This document shows, piece by piece, positions 40,501-52,993 of a stretch of DNA of 64,000 nt. Source of the DNA: Lytechinus pictus. Taxonomy: Eukaryota. Position numbers and translations under genes: made by a program. Below the pieces are notes generated by a model, which worked only from the letters and a program-made list of their open reading frames with translations, searched no databases and was not told the origin of the DNA. The stretch is taken from NCBI RefSeq assembly GCF_037042905.1, contig NC_087249.1, forward strand, positions 9,488,001 to 9,552,000, read 5' to 3'. Positions within the stretch are counted from its first letter, which is position 1; each line of letters begins with the position of its first letter.

Positions 40501-43500
40501 TCATTAGCTTTGAACTGTTATTGCAAGTTTTATGAAAGGGCCCTTGAATTGGAAGAAGGCCTGTAGTAGAATCATGATTGAGACCTCTGTTTACGTTCAA
40601 TCGGCTGGTTACATTTAATCTGCAGAAATCACATTTATGACCAGCAAATATTTCATGGATGCATCTACTTTGACTTAAATGTCTTGGAAAATCAGTCTTC
40701 CAAAAAGATCAAAATATGTTGATTGGATCCAGCCTGGAATAGAAAATTCTGTTGTGAGAAAGATGAAAAAACAAATTATTTTTATGGTATCTTTCAGCTA
40801 TCAAGAATTTTTTTTGGGACAAATCTGTCCCAAATATTAGGTTTGAATCATTGAAACATTGACCATATGTGAATGTATTTCTTTAAAGTCAGTAATGGGA
40901 ACACAAGGGCATACCACTCTCTTCTGTCTGATACATATACGGTATTTGTTTATTTCCAACTTATGAAAGCATCCTGTATCTCTGTAATTTTCTTAGGTAT
41001 TATTGGTTACCGATGGCAACCCGGGAATAGGACCAGGATCTCTGCGGCACATCCTATCAGAGATGAGCCACCAGACCGACCCGTCCAAGAACCCTCTTCC
41101 GTTTGTCTTCCCGAGCGAGCTCCACGTCCTCCTCATCAGCAGCCACTCGGAACTCGCCCAGAACAACGCCCTGAGCCTCTACCAGCGCCTCGTCGATGCG
41201 AACGAGAGCGGGCATGTCCACACGCCGGTAGAGGGTGCCCTGACGGTGAAGTCGGTCCAGAACATGTTCATGAAGTACGCCGAGTCGCAGCACAGCGTGT
41301 TCCGTACGACCCTTCACTGCGGGAACCTGCGCTCTGACGTGCAGCTCTTCCCGCATCCCAAGGTGGCCACGGTGGAGCTGGACACGGAGGTCGTGACGCG
41401 AGAGGTCGGACCTGATCTTCACGTGTGTGGGTTTCTTGATATGGGAGATGTAGTGAGTCCTGCTTCCATCTCTAGGCACCTTGTAATCCCGTACACTATT
41501 AAAGGTACTTATCATGGCAGGGCTGATAAAACCACTTGACTAAAAATTTAAATATTTTGATGACAAGGTCAGAATAAACAAGATTTCAGAAATATATTAT
41601 GGGTAGCAACCTTCTTTTGCCTTGAAAGAGTTCTTCACAGATATCAGAAGACTGTTTCAGACAATATGAGGCTGCCACCATTAATATATTCTGATATATT
41701 TTAAAAATACAGCCTTTCCTATTAAAGCTGCCATCAACATTTTTAAATTTTGAGATTCGAGGTCTTAAAAGTCCAGCGACATTATGAATTTTAGATCTGG
41801 AAGGTAAGACAGTGTGAGTGAGAAAAATTTACACTTCACAAATTACCTATTGCAAAATATGCCATGAATGTGTGATTATTATATATGGTAAGAAAGAGCA
41901 TCTTCTCCAAAACAATGTGATACCATATTTATGTGGTACATGTATACGCTTGGATAATCAAGAGGTATTTAGTTATTGTGATGTAAAATTTGATTTGTGC
42001 CAAAGTACAGGTAAGGCATGGCTGCAATGAATGACTCCAGATGCCGATGATGTCATAATCCTACATTAGATGGATTTGTCATCGCAATCCCCTTTTAAAT
42101 GAAATTAACTTGAGAGTTGTAGAATTGTTACTTATATGTGTTCATTTAATGTTTAATTATTGAAAGGATGTTTTTAATTGGATTTTACTGTAACACTTGT
42201 AGGATTATGACATCATTGAGATCACGATTCATTAATTGCAGTGATGCCTGAATTTGGTGCGAATCAGAATTTTCTTCTGATTATCCAAGCCTAAACATAT
42301 ACTCCATAAATATGGTGTCAAATTATTTGGGAGAAAATACCCTTTCTGGCCATATATATTAATCATGTGTTCATGACGTATTTCTTTTTTTGTTATTTTA
42401 TTTCCTGTAGCATTTGTTTTAAGAATTTTGTTTAATATTTAGAAACATTAAAAATGTTTCAAACGCTAATTGAAATGGATAAAGTGCAATATCCAGGAAA
42501 GAAGCTATTGATAGTGAAAAGTCATGGCAATCTTTGGAAATGATATCCAAATATCACTCTTCCATTATCTGTGTCAAACCTTCTCATTCTTGGTTAGAAA
42601 AGAGAGGAGGTTAGAAGTCAAGGTTGCTAGCTTGGCTCCTAGCTGACCAGGCCTTCTTTGGGGATGACAAACCTAGCTTGCATCCATACGGGCTGTGAAG
42701 GGGGAAACCCTGTTTGAGTCCCAGGAGCAAGTGGCTTCGGCCCCTGGCTTTATTTGGTTTGGGCTGACTGCCCATTCCATCTATTTACTAATGCCACATT
42801 ATTTGATTATAGCTTATTATGTGGCAGTCATGGGCCAGTTTTCATCATTTTATGATGGCAACATCAGGACCAAAGAACAATCTAAAAAAAAAGGAAAAAA
42901 TTATAACATAGCTGTTTGTAACAAATTAAATGCTTGTTTTGTTGGTTTTAAGGTTCATATGAAAAGCATTGATTTCCATACACATTTTTAATCCATCAGC
43001 ACCTCAGAATAGTTTTACTAGAATGATGGAGGACTTTAAATGCTGTATTTATTATTCACACTTATCCAACAAGACAAGCTCGTCATAATAATAATTATCA
43101 TCTTCCCCAGACTAGGTCAGCACATTTGCACAAAAAAATATATAAATTGAAATTGACTTGAAATATAAAGCCATGCATATTTCATCTTGGCTATTTAAAA
43201 AAAAATTCAATTACATGCTCACAATGCTTCTTTGTCGAGGCAAGTGCTGTATAATCTTTAACACATTTTGACAATTGTCTTGCATACTTCCTCTGCTTTA
43301 TAGACAAGTCTGAATCGTCTCCTGATGGGAAGGATGCTGAGAAGGCCGAAGACGATCCGACCTCATCAACGACCACGGAAGATGGAAAAACACCAAGTTT
43401 CTGCGTGCTTCTGCACGGCAGCTTGAAGATTAACAACATGGTAGCGCTAGTCCAGATCACGTGAGTCTATAGCTGGGCCCCGTCTCACCAAGAGGTGCGA

Positions 43501-46500
43501 TTGATCCCATCAACCACAACTATGGAAAAACAGGGGCCCGTCTTACAAAGAGTTACAATTGATCTAATCAATCGTAACTATGGAAATCCATCATTGTCAT
43601 AAATTTTTCTACAGGAAATTTGCACAATGTCGTTGGTAAACAAAGAGAAGCACAGTGAATTTTTAAGAAAACAATGCATGAATATGCATCATAGCTAGAA
43701 AATATTTTGAACAAACATGCATAATACATGTTGACGTTGCTGGCCATCCATAGTTGCGATTGATCGGATCAATCGTAACTCTTTGTAAGACGGGGCCCAG
43801 TAACGTCAGCATCTAAAATGCATGTTTGTTCAAAATGTTTTTTTTAGATATTTTTGTACTGTTCAATATATATATGCTCCTCTTTGTTTACAAAAGGACA
43901 TTGTGCATATTTCCTGTAGAATAGATTATGCCGTTGATGGATTTCCGTATAGTTGGGGTTGATCAGATCAGTCATAACTCTTGGTAAGATGGGGCCATGG
44001 TGTATTGGTTATCACTTGGTCAAAGTCCCATATGGGATGTCTACATTCCTGTCTAATTTCAAGAAGTTTGGATCAGCATTATGGCTAGTTATCGCTTTGT
44101 CTAATTTCCAGTTTGCAAACATTCTGGCTAACCATTTTGGTCCATGTTTCACTTGTTGAAAAAGTTCCTTTCGAATTTCAAGAAGTTCTGATCACCTCTT
44201 TAGATAGTTATCACTTTGTTGAATTACCATTTTGTGTTTTTGACAATGTAAAAATTAGCCCAAGTCAGGGTTGGCGCGTTTTAAACGGTGTGTTTTAAAA
44301 CATGTTTTAAAACGCGTTTTAAAACACCCGTTTTTTTTACAAAAAAAACGTGTTTTAAAACACCGCATAGACTTGTGTGTTATAAATTTGCATGGATGTG
44401 ATTTTAGATGAATGTTGTTTTTTTAATACCATTTTTTATTAAGAGGTGTATTATTTCCTTCCAACTAAAACTCTTTTTCAACACCACTCCTTTTCTCCTC
44501 TTTCTTTCTTTCTTTCTTTCTTTCTCCATTGCTTTGTCTTGTTCCTTTTCTCCCTGTTCAATTTTGCACATCAATGATTCAATCCACATTAAGAATATTA
44601 TCATTTTAACAAACATCTGAGTGTTGTGCTCACTTTTTGGACAGGGAAAGAAACACTTTTTTCAAATGAGCTCAAATACATGTTAAAGAAGTACTTGAAT
44701 GAAATGGAAGTGGTGCACAAGCACAATAATATTTTGCAAATAGACTGTAAACCTGACATCATACTCTTGAGGTACACCGTACACACAAAAGCGGTAAAAC
44801 TTTGTGCTTTGTAAAGATGAAGAAAAGTACTTTAAATAGTGTAAGAAAATCAGCTAGCAAACCTTAACCCTAACAATTTCAGGGGACCTTAATGGCCCCC
44901 TAAAACTTTCTATGATAAATCCATAAACATGACAGGGCCACGACATATCGTTCTAGACTATTTTTGGGATGCATGCATTGGTGTGCAGTTATGATATACA
45001 CCACAAGTGCATATTATCAGATCCCGAATTGCTCAAAAACGTGATTTCATGTATAAACCCAATGTGAGTTCTTGCCAAAATTTGTATCTGTATCATTATT
45101 TGTACTTATTGTTAATGATTGGAAAATTATTGCCAAAATTTCTATTAGTTTTAAAAATCTATACATAAGAAAAATAAAAAAGTTAAAAAAACATTACCGG
45201 TAAACCTAAATAGACTGGGCTATTTCATTTCATAAGAAGACTGAAGGCCCCCCTCCCCCTTATGATCTGGGCCCTTCGATCGCGGGATCACAACGAAAAT
45301 TGGTACGCGTATTACCCATGGCATAATCTAAAAATAGGAAATAGGGAATATATTTTTACCATAAACAAGGTGAAATTAATTGTTTTAATCGGTAAAAGGA
45401 AAAATAATGACACATTTATGAATTTTGGCTAAAAACAGTATTTGCATTGGATTTGGGCAATTTTGAGTCTGCATGAACTTACAAAATGTTGCATGATTTC
45501 GGAATCGCATACCAGGGGGTCACGATTTTGGTCTCATAAGTTGCGTTAGACTAAAAAAAGGAAAGTCTGTGAGTGACGCAATAAAAAAAAATTGCGCAGT
45601 GGATTTATCGCGAAAAATTACGAGGGAGGGCTGAAGCAGCCCCCAAAGTCTCATTAGGGTTAAAAAAACATTCTATAGGCCTACTGATATTTTAAAATCC
45701 TTTTGCATTTGATCAGAATTCCTGAATTGAAAAAGTACTTCAAGGGCTTCATTTATACATTTGAATTGAGTTTGTATTTCATGCACTAAAATTGGTATAA
45801 GTGATTCAAATGAAATAAAACATATTGATTTACCGGTAATGAAATTAAGCTTTGAAACCCCATGTACGTCAATTTCTTCCACTGTGTGAATTCTTCTCCT
45901 CCCCCCCCCCCCCCCCCCCCCCCGATTGACAAGACTCAATATACCTTGGGACTACATGTATACATGTATTAGGAATAAAGTGTCAACTTACTAAGTGTTC
46001 TTTTTTTGTAGGCATTCAATTTCCATGATTTAGTAATTTTGGGGGAAATATGAACTCTTCTGTTGGAAATTCATTAACAAAATACTTGGTCATCTCTTAT
46101 TTAAAACATCAAGAGCTTAAATCATACTCTATTTAGTGTCAGTAGTGTATAGTTTCATTGATTTACAGAAAATTGCATCATTCGTTGAAAAAAACGTTTT
46201 AAAACGATTTAAAACGTTTTAAAACAATAAAAAACGTTTTATTTGTTTTTTTTTATAAAAAACGTTTTTTATTACAACCCTGGCCCAAGTACATGAGACG
46301 AAATGGCGTTAATCAAACTGGATATTAGACATTTTGGTCATTAGGTTAAGTGAAAATGAGGAAAATAGTAGGGAGACAAACTAGTCATGGGCAAAATGAA
46401 GGCAGAGCAAGGCATGTGAAGTTTGACTGATAGTCAAGTGGTTACAAGTGAGAGTATGTCCTTGACAGTCGACTCTCACAATGTAAAGGGGTTTCCTTGT

Positions 46501-48936
46501 TCCAAATGTGGAAAAACTTTATTGTCCTGTTTGGTGCAATCCACTCTATTTGTTAAGCATGCCAAACTATAGCTTAGCGCCTCCAGGGGGCAAAGGTGTC
46601 AACAGATATTGTGGCCTTCACCGAACTGGATAACATACAGAGTTCGACTACTTCAAGTAAGAAAAGTCTGTCCACATCATCTTTCCATACTTTTATTCTG
46701 TGAAAGGTTCAAAATTTGATATTTATATATGAATAGAGAAAAATCATCATATAAACTAGATTAGATTTGTCAGTTATTTTTCATCAGCGCACCAGGTCCA
46801 GCTGCACCAGCAACACCATCGTCACCCAGTTTACAAAAGTAACCATGATGACCCAACACTTATAACAGATACCCTTCTTTTTTGTTTCAGTGATGACTGG
46901 TATGGTATATTGTACTCCTGGGCCGATAGCAAGAAGAAATCTAACATGATGCTGTCTATCTTTAGTCCTGGATCTAAAGCTGTACCTTGGCTGGGAAAGT
47001 TCACTCTGTTAGGACCATGTTTAGGTGGGTATCAATCTACAACTTTTAAAATCGTTATTCCTTGACGAAAGGTTTATGCTCTGATTATCTGAATATTTTT
47101 ACTTTCTCTACTTTTTTTAACATTCATGTCATTCAAGCGGAATTATATTATCATTACTGAGGCAGAAGAACTTGCATTCGTACAATGGTTGCTTGTAAAA
47201 TACTTATATTATCTAACTTATATTTTTTTTCTTCTTCAATAAAATATAGCGTTTGACCAGAATCCATATGGTGAAGATGATAACAAATCGCCGTTTCCTG
47301 TTATACCCGACTCTAAACGCAGCTATGCACAAAATCCTGTGGTCTGGATCAAGAATAGCAACCTTCAGGTAAATATGATCCCAATCCACACTGGATCATT
47401 CACACTATCTGGACAAGGCACACTAGATTGATCCAAATTTGAATCATCCATACCAGACCGATACACATTGGGACAATTCACACTTGACCAAACCGCACTC
47501 AACCAATCTACACCGGACCAGTCTTCACTTGACCAATCCAAACTGGACCATCCACACTGGACAATACCCACTGGACTGATCAAAATTGGATTCATCCATA
47601 CCAGAACGATGCACATTGGGCCAATCCACACTTGACCAGTCCTTACTAGACCAATCCACATTCGACCAATCCACACAGGCCCAATTCTCACATTGACTAA
47701 TCCACACTTGATCGATCCTCAATCGACCAGTCCACAGTGGACTGATCCACACTGGACCTATCCAGTTGACTCAAGAGTTTTTGGTTCTCACCAGGCCCGC
47801 ACTAAAATAGTCCGCACCACAAGTGTTCAGTAACTGTAGCAGATCCACGCTGCTTTTATTATGGTGCTGGTCTGGTGCTGATAAAAGCAGGACCGAAATA
47901 GCCCGGGCATGTCGCGGGCTATTTTAGCCCGCGCCATTCATAAATTCAAAATACTACACCTTTAATAGCCCAAGCCTGGTCTGGCCCAGTGAGTTACTGA
48001 AAGCGGTATCAGTTGTCTAGTAAAGCCCAGGTTAATATTCTTAACACCGCAATCATAAGTAACCTTATAATTTGCATTTTCATCTAATTATAACACTAGT
48101 AAAAGATTTCAGAATAATGTTTTACTAAAACAGACTAGCAGAAAGAGAGAGAGAGAACATGCTCAAAACACCATCCTGTCACTTGATATTAATAAGGATA
48201 TGTTATTCATATCAGTGATAACGTAATTAATAATGTGAACACTTTTTAAATGATATGAATAATGGAAGAATACATTTGAACACTCGCCATGCATTTTATT
48301 ACAGAATTATAATTATAAACCTCAATTACTTTTCATATCATTTTGTTTTCCTTCTTCAGTCGGATGTACAGAAGATTTTACGTTATGCACGCAAGCTACC
48401 AGACAAGACTCAAGTTTTCTACAAGGTAAAGTATACACACGTTATTATCACTCTTTATGCTTGGTTTGTCTATGAAAATATCTTGTTCTGGCAAAAAGTG
48501 AATGATTGTGGGTTCAGCTTCAAGCTTGGCTCATCTATGTATGTGGGAGTGACAATGAGCAGATGAGATGTAAGATCATATGGTAAAAGGTCACAGAGGT
48601 CATTATTTGAAAATCTTAGAAATTCCGCCAATGTTTGTTTCTGTCCTTTTGAGCAAGTATACAAGTCTGTAAGAAATATTTAGATGTCTTTTTTTGTTTT
48701 AATTTTCGCAGGAGCTGAATCGGTTGCGACGTGCCACCTTGTCTTTCGGAATGCAGGACTTCCTAGAAGGCATCTCTCAGCTCCTGGAGAGAGAGTGCAC
48801 CCTCCTTCCTCCGACCGCACACCCCGACGCTGCCATACAGCTCACCCATGCCGCCAAGCTTGTCAAGAACTCGGTCAACAAGGACTACAACTACTCCATC
48901 GCACCACTCTCAACAAATTTCACCGGGAATACGTGA
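31357..48936 (+). CDS. INTS14: Integrator complex subunit 14 (VWA9), complete spliced CDS: join(31357..31593,38852..38959,40997..41504,43304..43460,46891..47024,47250..47368,48360..48425,48712..48936)
   Basis: All introns are GT..AG with consistent phases. The exons total 1554 nt = 517 aa + TGA. The translation matches recalled INTS14 motifs throughout: MPTLIILDASLSM, VLLVTDG, FCVLLHGSLK, ADSKKKSN, NPYGEDDNKSPFP, DVQKILRYARKLP, LLERECTLLPPTAHPDAAIQLTHAA. Confidence 0.96.
32429..33616. mobile_element. Kolobok-like MITE with a same-family copy (32463-33060) nested inside
   Basis: Both outer and inner copies are bounded by TTAA and end in ggggtggacttgtcct. Confidence 0.85.
33988..34155. mobile_element. 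Small Harbinger-like MITE
   Basis: gtttcataaagctgtt / aacagctttatgaaac inverted termini. Confidence 0.65.
34683..35213. mobile_element. PIF/Harbinger-like MITE (family of 21885-22402)
   Basis: gggtgtgttcaatgtc ... gacattgaacacacc. The interior is the reverse complement of the 21885 copy. Confidence 0.8.
35480..35860 (-). mobile_element. Decayed LINE reverse transcriptase fragment
   Basis: The minus strand gives VRVFFIDFSS, then LGVPQ, then a degenerate xxDT motif, in the expected RT order and broken by frameshifts. Confidence 0.5.
36811..36925. mobile_element. Small Harbinger-like MITE
   Basis: cccgtaacacaaagg / gctttgtgttacggg inverted termini. Confidence 0.65.
38030..38312 (+). mobile_element. 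L2/CR1-group LINE 3' remnant
   Basis: LGEKAYDSSAPSLWNALPRRIRTIELLKAFK resembles the ORF2 C-terminal motif of this group. Ends in a (TTA)n tail. Confidence 0.7.
38852..38959 (+). CDS. INTS14: INTS14 coding exon 2
   Basis: ttcag acceptor. Encodes IAIQSMDTYDKTLLDNVLLNMSNYVMEEWGSNTPVK. Donor gtaagg. Confidence 0.93.
39001..39491. mobile_element. Kolobok-like MITE
   Basis: TTAA|aggagtactct ... agagtactcca|TTAA. Confidence 0.75.
40997..41504 (+). CDS. INTS14: INTS14 coding exon 3
   Basis: cttag acceptor. Encodes VLLVTDGNPGIGPGSLRH...ISRHLVIPYTIK. Donor gtactt, phase 1. Confidence 0.95.
43304..43460 (+). CDS. INTS14: INTS14 coding exon 4
   Basis: tatag acceptor. Encodes DKSESSPDG...GKTPSFCVLLHGSLKINNMVALVQI. 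Donor gtgagt, phase 2. Confidence 0.94.
43476..43996. mobile_element. Harbinger-like MITE with a same-family copy nested inside (43534-43797)
   Basis: Inner copy CAG|gggcccgtcttacaaagag ... ctctttgtaagacggggcc|CAG. Outer copy ggccccgtctcaccaagag ... ctcttggtaagatggggcc. Confidence 0.8.
44266..46282. mobile_element. hAT-like non-autonomous element containing a piggyBac-like insertion
   Basis: cagggttg ... caaccctg termini, perfect 8-bp TSD gcccaagt, and subterminal gttttaaaac repeats at both ends. Confidence 0.85.
44868..45659. mobile_element. piggyBac-like non-autonomous element
   Basis: TTAA|ccctaa ... ttaggg|TTAA. Confidence 0.6.
46891..47024 (+). CDS. INTS14: INTS14 coding exon 5
   Basis: tttcag acceptor. 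Encodes DDWYGILYSWADSKKKSNMMLSIFSPGSKAVPWLGKFTLLGPCL. Donor gtgggt, phase 1. Confidence 0.94.
47250..47368 (+). CDS. INTS14: INTS14 coding exon 6
   Basis: tatag acceptor. Encodes AFDQNPYGEDDNKSPFPVIPDSKRSYAQNPVVWIKNSNLQ. Donor gtaaat. Confidence 0.94.
47381..47772. repeat. Degenerate 15-bp minisatellite (consensus about CCAATCCACACTGGA) in the INTS14 intron after coding exon 6
   Basis: About 26 periodic units. It produces the repetitive WIG/WSS ORFs on the minus strand. Confidence 0.85.
48360..48425 (+). CDS. INTS14: INTS14 coding exon 7
   Basis: cttcag acceptor. Encodes SDVQKILRYARKLPDKTQVFYK. Donor gtaaag. Confidence 0.94.
48712..48936 (+). CDS. INTS14: INTS14 coding exon 8 (terminal)
   Basis: cgcag acceptor. 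Encodes ELNRLRRATLSFG...PLSTNFTGNT, ending in TGA. Confidence 0.95.
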   Translation, partial: ELNRLRRATLSFGMQDFLEGISQLLERECTLLPPTAHPDAAIQLTHAAKLVKNSVNKDYNYSIAPLSTNFTGNT

Positions 48937-49668
48937 TGAAAAAGTGCTGTGGGTCGCCCATGGGATGACAAGACTCTATGTGCTTGATCGATCGTAGATC
49001 AAAATGCATGCTGGGATACATGCAGCACATTTTAATGCAGCTCTATGGCTCCGACGATGATTCTCACAGGAACAAGACTGCATTGTTGCATTGCTTGAGA
49101 TGAATTTCTCAGGAAGAAACCTGTGCGATGACAGATTTCACTTGATAAATGAGTTCTGATAAGTCTGACCAGCTATTCATCAAACAAAAGAGAACCCGTC
49201 TTTTGAGGTCATGAGAGTCATGACAGATATCATAGGGAGAGTAAGCTGATGTTACGAGACCAGTTGGTAATAACTGGCGTAACAAAGACCAGTGCTGCTG
49301 ACATCATTGGACTAAAAATCATGCTATTTTCTCTGAAAATCCTTTCTTCAACTAAAAAATCCTATTTTTGCCACTAGTACGTCACCTGCAAAATTTAAGC
49401 ACGGAATCTAGCTCACCAGTGTTTGATATATTCACTAACTTTGCAGTTTACATACATACATGTTTGTTAACTGTATTAGCTCCTTGTCCAAGTGTTCTTG
49501 CTATTACCATTGAGTTGACTTAGTCCATCCTTTGCTATTTTGCTGTTGGGAAACATGACTTTTACAATTTCAGTTACATGGACTGCTGATGAAAACGACA
49601 GAATGTGTTGTACTTAAAAAGCACACGTACATGCAATCAACACAGTGTTTTACAATGTATAATACAGC

Positions 49669-49996
49669 GGAGGAGTCATGGTGTAGTAGTTCTGACTCTC
49701 GCCTTGTAAACAGAGGGTCGTGTGTTTGAATCCCACAGCGGTCTGACGTCCTTTGTCAAGGCGTTAATCCACACTTTGCCACTCACGACCCAGGTGCTAA
49801 ATGGGTACCCGGAAGGATGTGAAAGTCATTGTAGCTTGTCCAGTACTGTGTGCACCTCACCGGCGACTAACTGGAATACTCCCCAGGGAGTGGAGGATGT
49901 GCACGCATTGTGTGCGGAATGACTGATTGAATCCGATGACCGGGGTAATAATACATCAGTATCCCATGTATTAAGCGCTATATAAAAGCGACTTTA
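49669..49996 (+). mobile_element. tRNA-derived SINE
   Basis: A-box-like tggtgtagtag, B-box-like gtttgaatccc, core cccaggtgctaaatgggtacc and 3' gcgctatataaaagc. The (TTA)n tail resumes after the Helentron at about 54466. Confidence 0.8.
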
Positions 49997-52993
49997 TTAG
50001 GTGGTCTGTCATTAAGATGACAGATCACCTATTATATTCGTCAGAATTTTCTTTATTTTTATTGCCAAATCTTTGTCCACCTCTATCTCAAAATCGGGCA
50101 TGTCAATTTCCTTGATTTTCATGTCATGTATGGGCATCATTATGGACATGGGAATGGAAACTTTTCAAGGTTATCAAATCATGATGACGTCATCTAGGCG
50201 CCATTTTGTAAAATTAAATGATTGATCATATCATCGCAACTAATCATCAAAAATCATCCATATTTGCATCATATCAAGTTCAGGTGACAGGTCATCAGGA
50301 CATATCATCAGAGGTCATGCAAAGGTCACGACGCGCACGTACGCGCGCGTCAAAATTTTAAATTTCCCCAAATCGACCGTGGTCAAGTTTGGGTACGTTT
50401 CTGGTCATTTTGAGCATGTCAAGAATTTGCGCGCGCACAGGTATGCGTGCGCGTTCTTGCACCTACCATCGTTATGCATCTTCGAGTCATCATTTCTTTC
50501 ATGTCTTTCCATTGTTCATTATCTTCTGATTAATTTGATACCTCATTCAGCCTCTTACGACCAATAATACGGGAATGCGCGTCCATTCAAATTTGCATTA
50601 CGCGCGCGTAAATGGGCTAAAATATGCCTATATAAAATTCACTGTAGCTCTTCAGGGAGTCCGTTGACCCCAATTTTTCTTTTCATATTCGAATAGAGTA
50701 TGAATAGGAGATATGATTTCATGCCACATTTGACTCTTAATTACATCGTGACGTCATCAAAATGGCGTCGGAACTAAGAACAAGTGTTTTCTGTTTCATG
50801 ATGTCACCACAGTCATTTAAATTGATTTTAATTCCGTAAATCTTGGTCTGTTCTCGCCAAATTTTCAATATGTTTTAGCTTAGAATGTATCCTTTAGACA
50901 ATATCTCCACTGTTTCATTTTAAAGCTTGTACTATTCTCAAAACTAGAATTTGTAGAGTTTTGTCATCATGCCAATTTGGAATTGCAAGAATGTACATTC
51001 AATGTCAAGTTGACAATATGTTTCCTATTTTGCTCTCTGTGCTTGTCGAACACACTGTGGCCGACTGGATAACACACCTGACTGGTATACCAGGGTTCGG
51101 TGGTTCAAACCTCGCTGGACCCCCTTTTTTTTTTTTTTTTTTTTTTTTGGTCCTTTTTAGGTGGTCTGTCATTAAGATGACAGATCACCTATTATATTCG
51201 TCAGAATTTTCTTTATTTTTATTGCCAAATCTTTGTCCACCTCTATCTCAAAATCGGGCATGTCAATTTCCTTGATTTTCATGTCATGTATGGGCATCAT
51301 TATGGACATGGGAATGGAAACTTTTCAAGGTTATCAAATCATGATGACGTCATCTAGGCGCCATTTTGTAAAATTAAATGATTGATCATATCATCGCAAC
51401 TAATCATCAAAAATCATCCATATTTGCATCATATCAAGTTCAGGTGACAGGTCATCAGGACATATCATCAGAGGTCATGCAAAGGTCACGACGCGCACGT
51501 ACGCGCGCGTCAAAATTTTAAATTTCCCCAAATCGACCGTGGTCAAGTTTGGGTACGTTTCTGGTCATTTTGAGCATGTCAAGAATTTGCGCGCGCACAG
51601 GTATGCGTGCGCGTTCTTGCACCTACCATCGTTATGCATCTTCGAGTCATCATTTCTTTCATGTCTTTCCATTGTTCATTATCTTCTGATTAATTTGATA
51701 CCTCATTCAGCCTCTTACGACCAATAATACGGGAATGCGCGTCCATTCAAATTTGCATTACGCGCGCGTAAATGGGCTAAAATATGCCTATATAAAATTC
51801 ACTGTAGCTCTTCAGGGAGTCCGTTGACCCCAATTTTTCTTTTCATATTCGAATAGAGTATGAATAGGAGATATGATTTCATGCCACATTTGACTCTTAA
51901 TTACATCGTGACGTCATCAAAATGGCGTCGGAACTAAGAACAAGTGTTTTCTGTTTCATGATGTCACCACAGTCATTTAAATTGATTTTAATTCCGTAAA
52001 TCTTGGTCTGTTCTCGCCAAATTTTCAATATGTTTTAGCTTAGAATGTATCCTTTAGACAATATCTCCACTGTTTCATTTTAAAGCTTGTACTATTCTCA
52101 AAACTAGAATTTGTAGAGTTTTGTCATCATGCCAATTTGGAATTGCAAGAATGTACATTCAATGTCAAGTTGACAATATGTTTCCTATTTTGCTCTCTGT
52201 GCTTGTCGAACACACTGTGGCCGACTGGATAACACACCTGACTGGTATACCAGGGTTCGGTGGTTCAAACCTCGCTGGACCCCCTTTTTTTTTTTTTTTT
52301 TTTTTTTTGGTCCTTTTTAGGTGGTCTGTCATTAAGATGACAGATCACCTATTATATTCGTCAGAATTTTCTTTATTTTTATTGCCAAATCTTTGTCCAC
52401 CTCTATCTCAAAATCGGGCATGTCAATTTCCTTGATTTTCATGTCATGTATGGGCATCATTATGGACATGGGAATGGAAACTTTTCAAGGTTATCAAATC
52501 ATGATGACGTCATCTAGGCGCCATTTTGTAAAATTAAATGATTGATCATATCATCGCAACTAATCATCAAAAATCATCCATATTTGCATCATATCAAGTT
52601 CAGGTGACAGGTCATCAGGACATATCATCAGAGGTCATGCAAAGGTCACGACGCGCACGTACGCGCGCGTCAAAATTTTAAATTTCCCCAAATCGACCGT
52701 GGTCAAGTTTGGGTACGTTTCTGGTCATTTTGAGCATGTCAAGAATTTGCGCGCGCACAGGTATGCGTGCGCGTTCTTGCACCTACCATCGTTATGCATC
52801 TTCGAGTCATCATTTCTTTCATGTCTTTCCATTGTTCATTATCTTCTGATTAATTTGATACCTCATTCAGCCTCTTACGACCAATAATACGGGAATGCGC
52901 GTCCATTCAAATTTGCATTACGCGCGCGTAAATGGGCTAAAATATGCCTATATAAAATTCACTGTAGCTCTTCAGGGAGTCCGTTGACCCCAA
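49997..52993. repeat. Tandem duplication, period 1160 bp, about 2.6 copies
   Basis: Identical ORFs at 50379/51539/52699 and 50961/52121, and identical 24-nt poly-T tracts. Confidence 0.95.

Noticed and set aside
40873..41515. Overlapping 154-aa (+) and 152-aa (-) ORFs
   Set aside because: Shadow frames of the GC3-rich INTS14 exon 3.
47365..47752. Repetitive WIG/WSS ORFs on the minus strand
   Set aside because: Translation of an intronic minisatellite.
49669..49745. Possible tRNA gene
   Set aside because: It continues into a SINE body and tail, so it is a tRNA-derived SINE head.
50379..52887. Repeated 62-aa and 104-aa ORFs
   Set aside because: They recur only because of the 1160-bp tandem duplication. 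There are no recognisable Rep or helicase motifs, and the starts are non-ATG.
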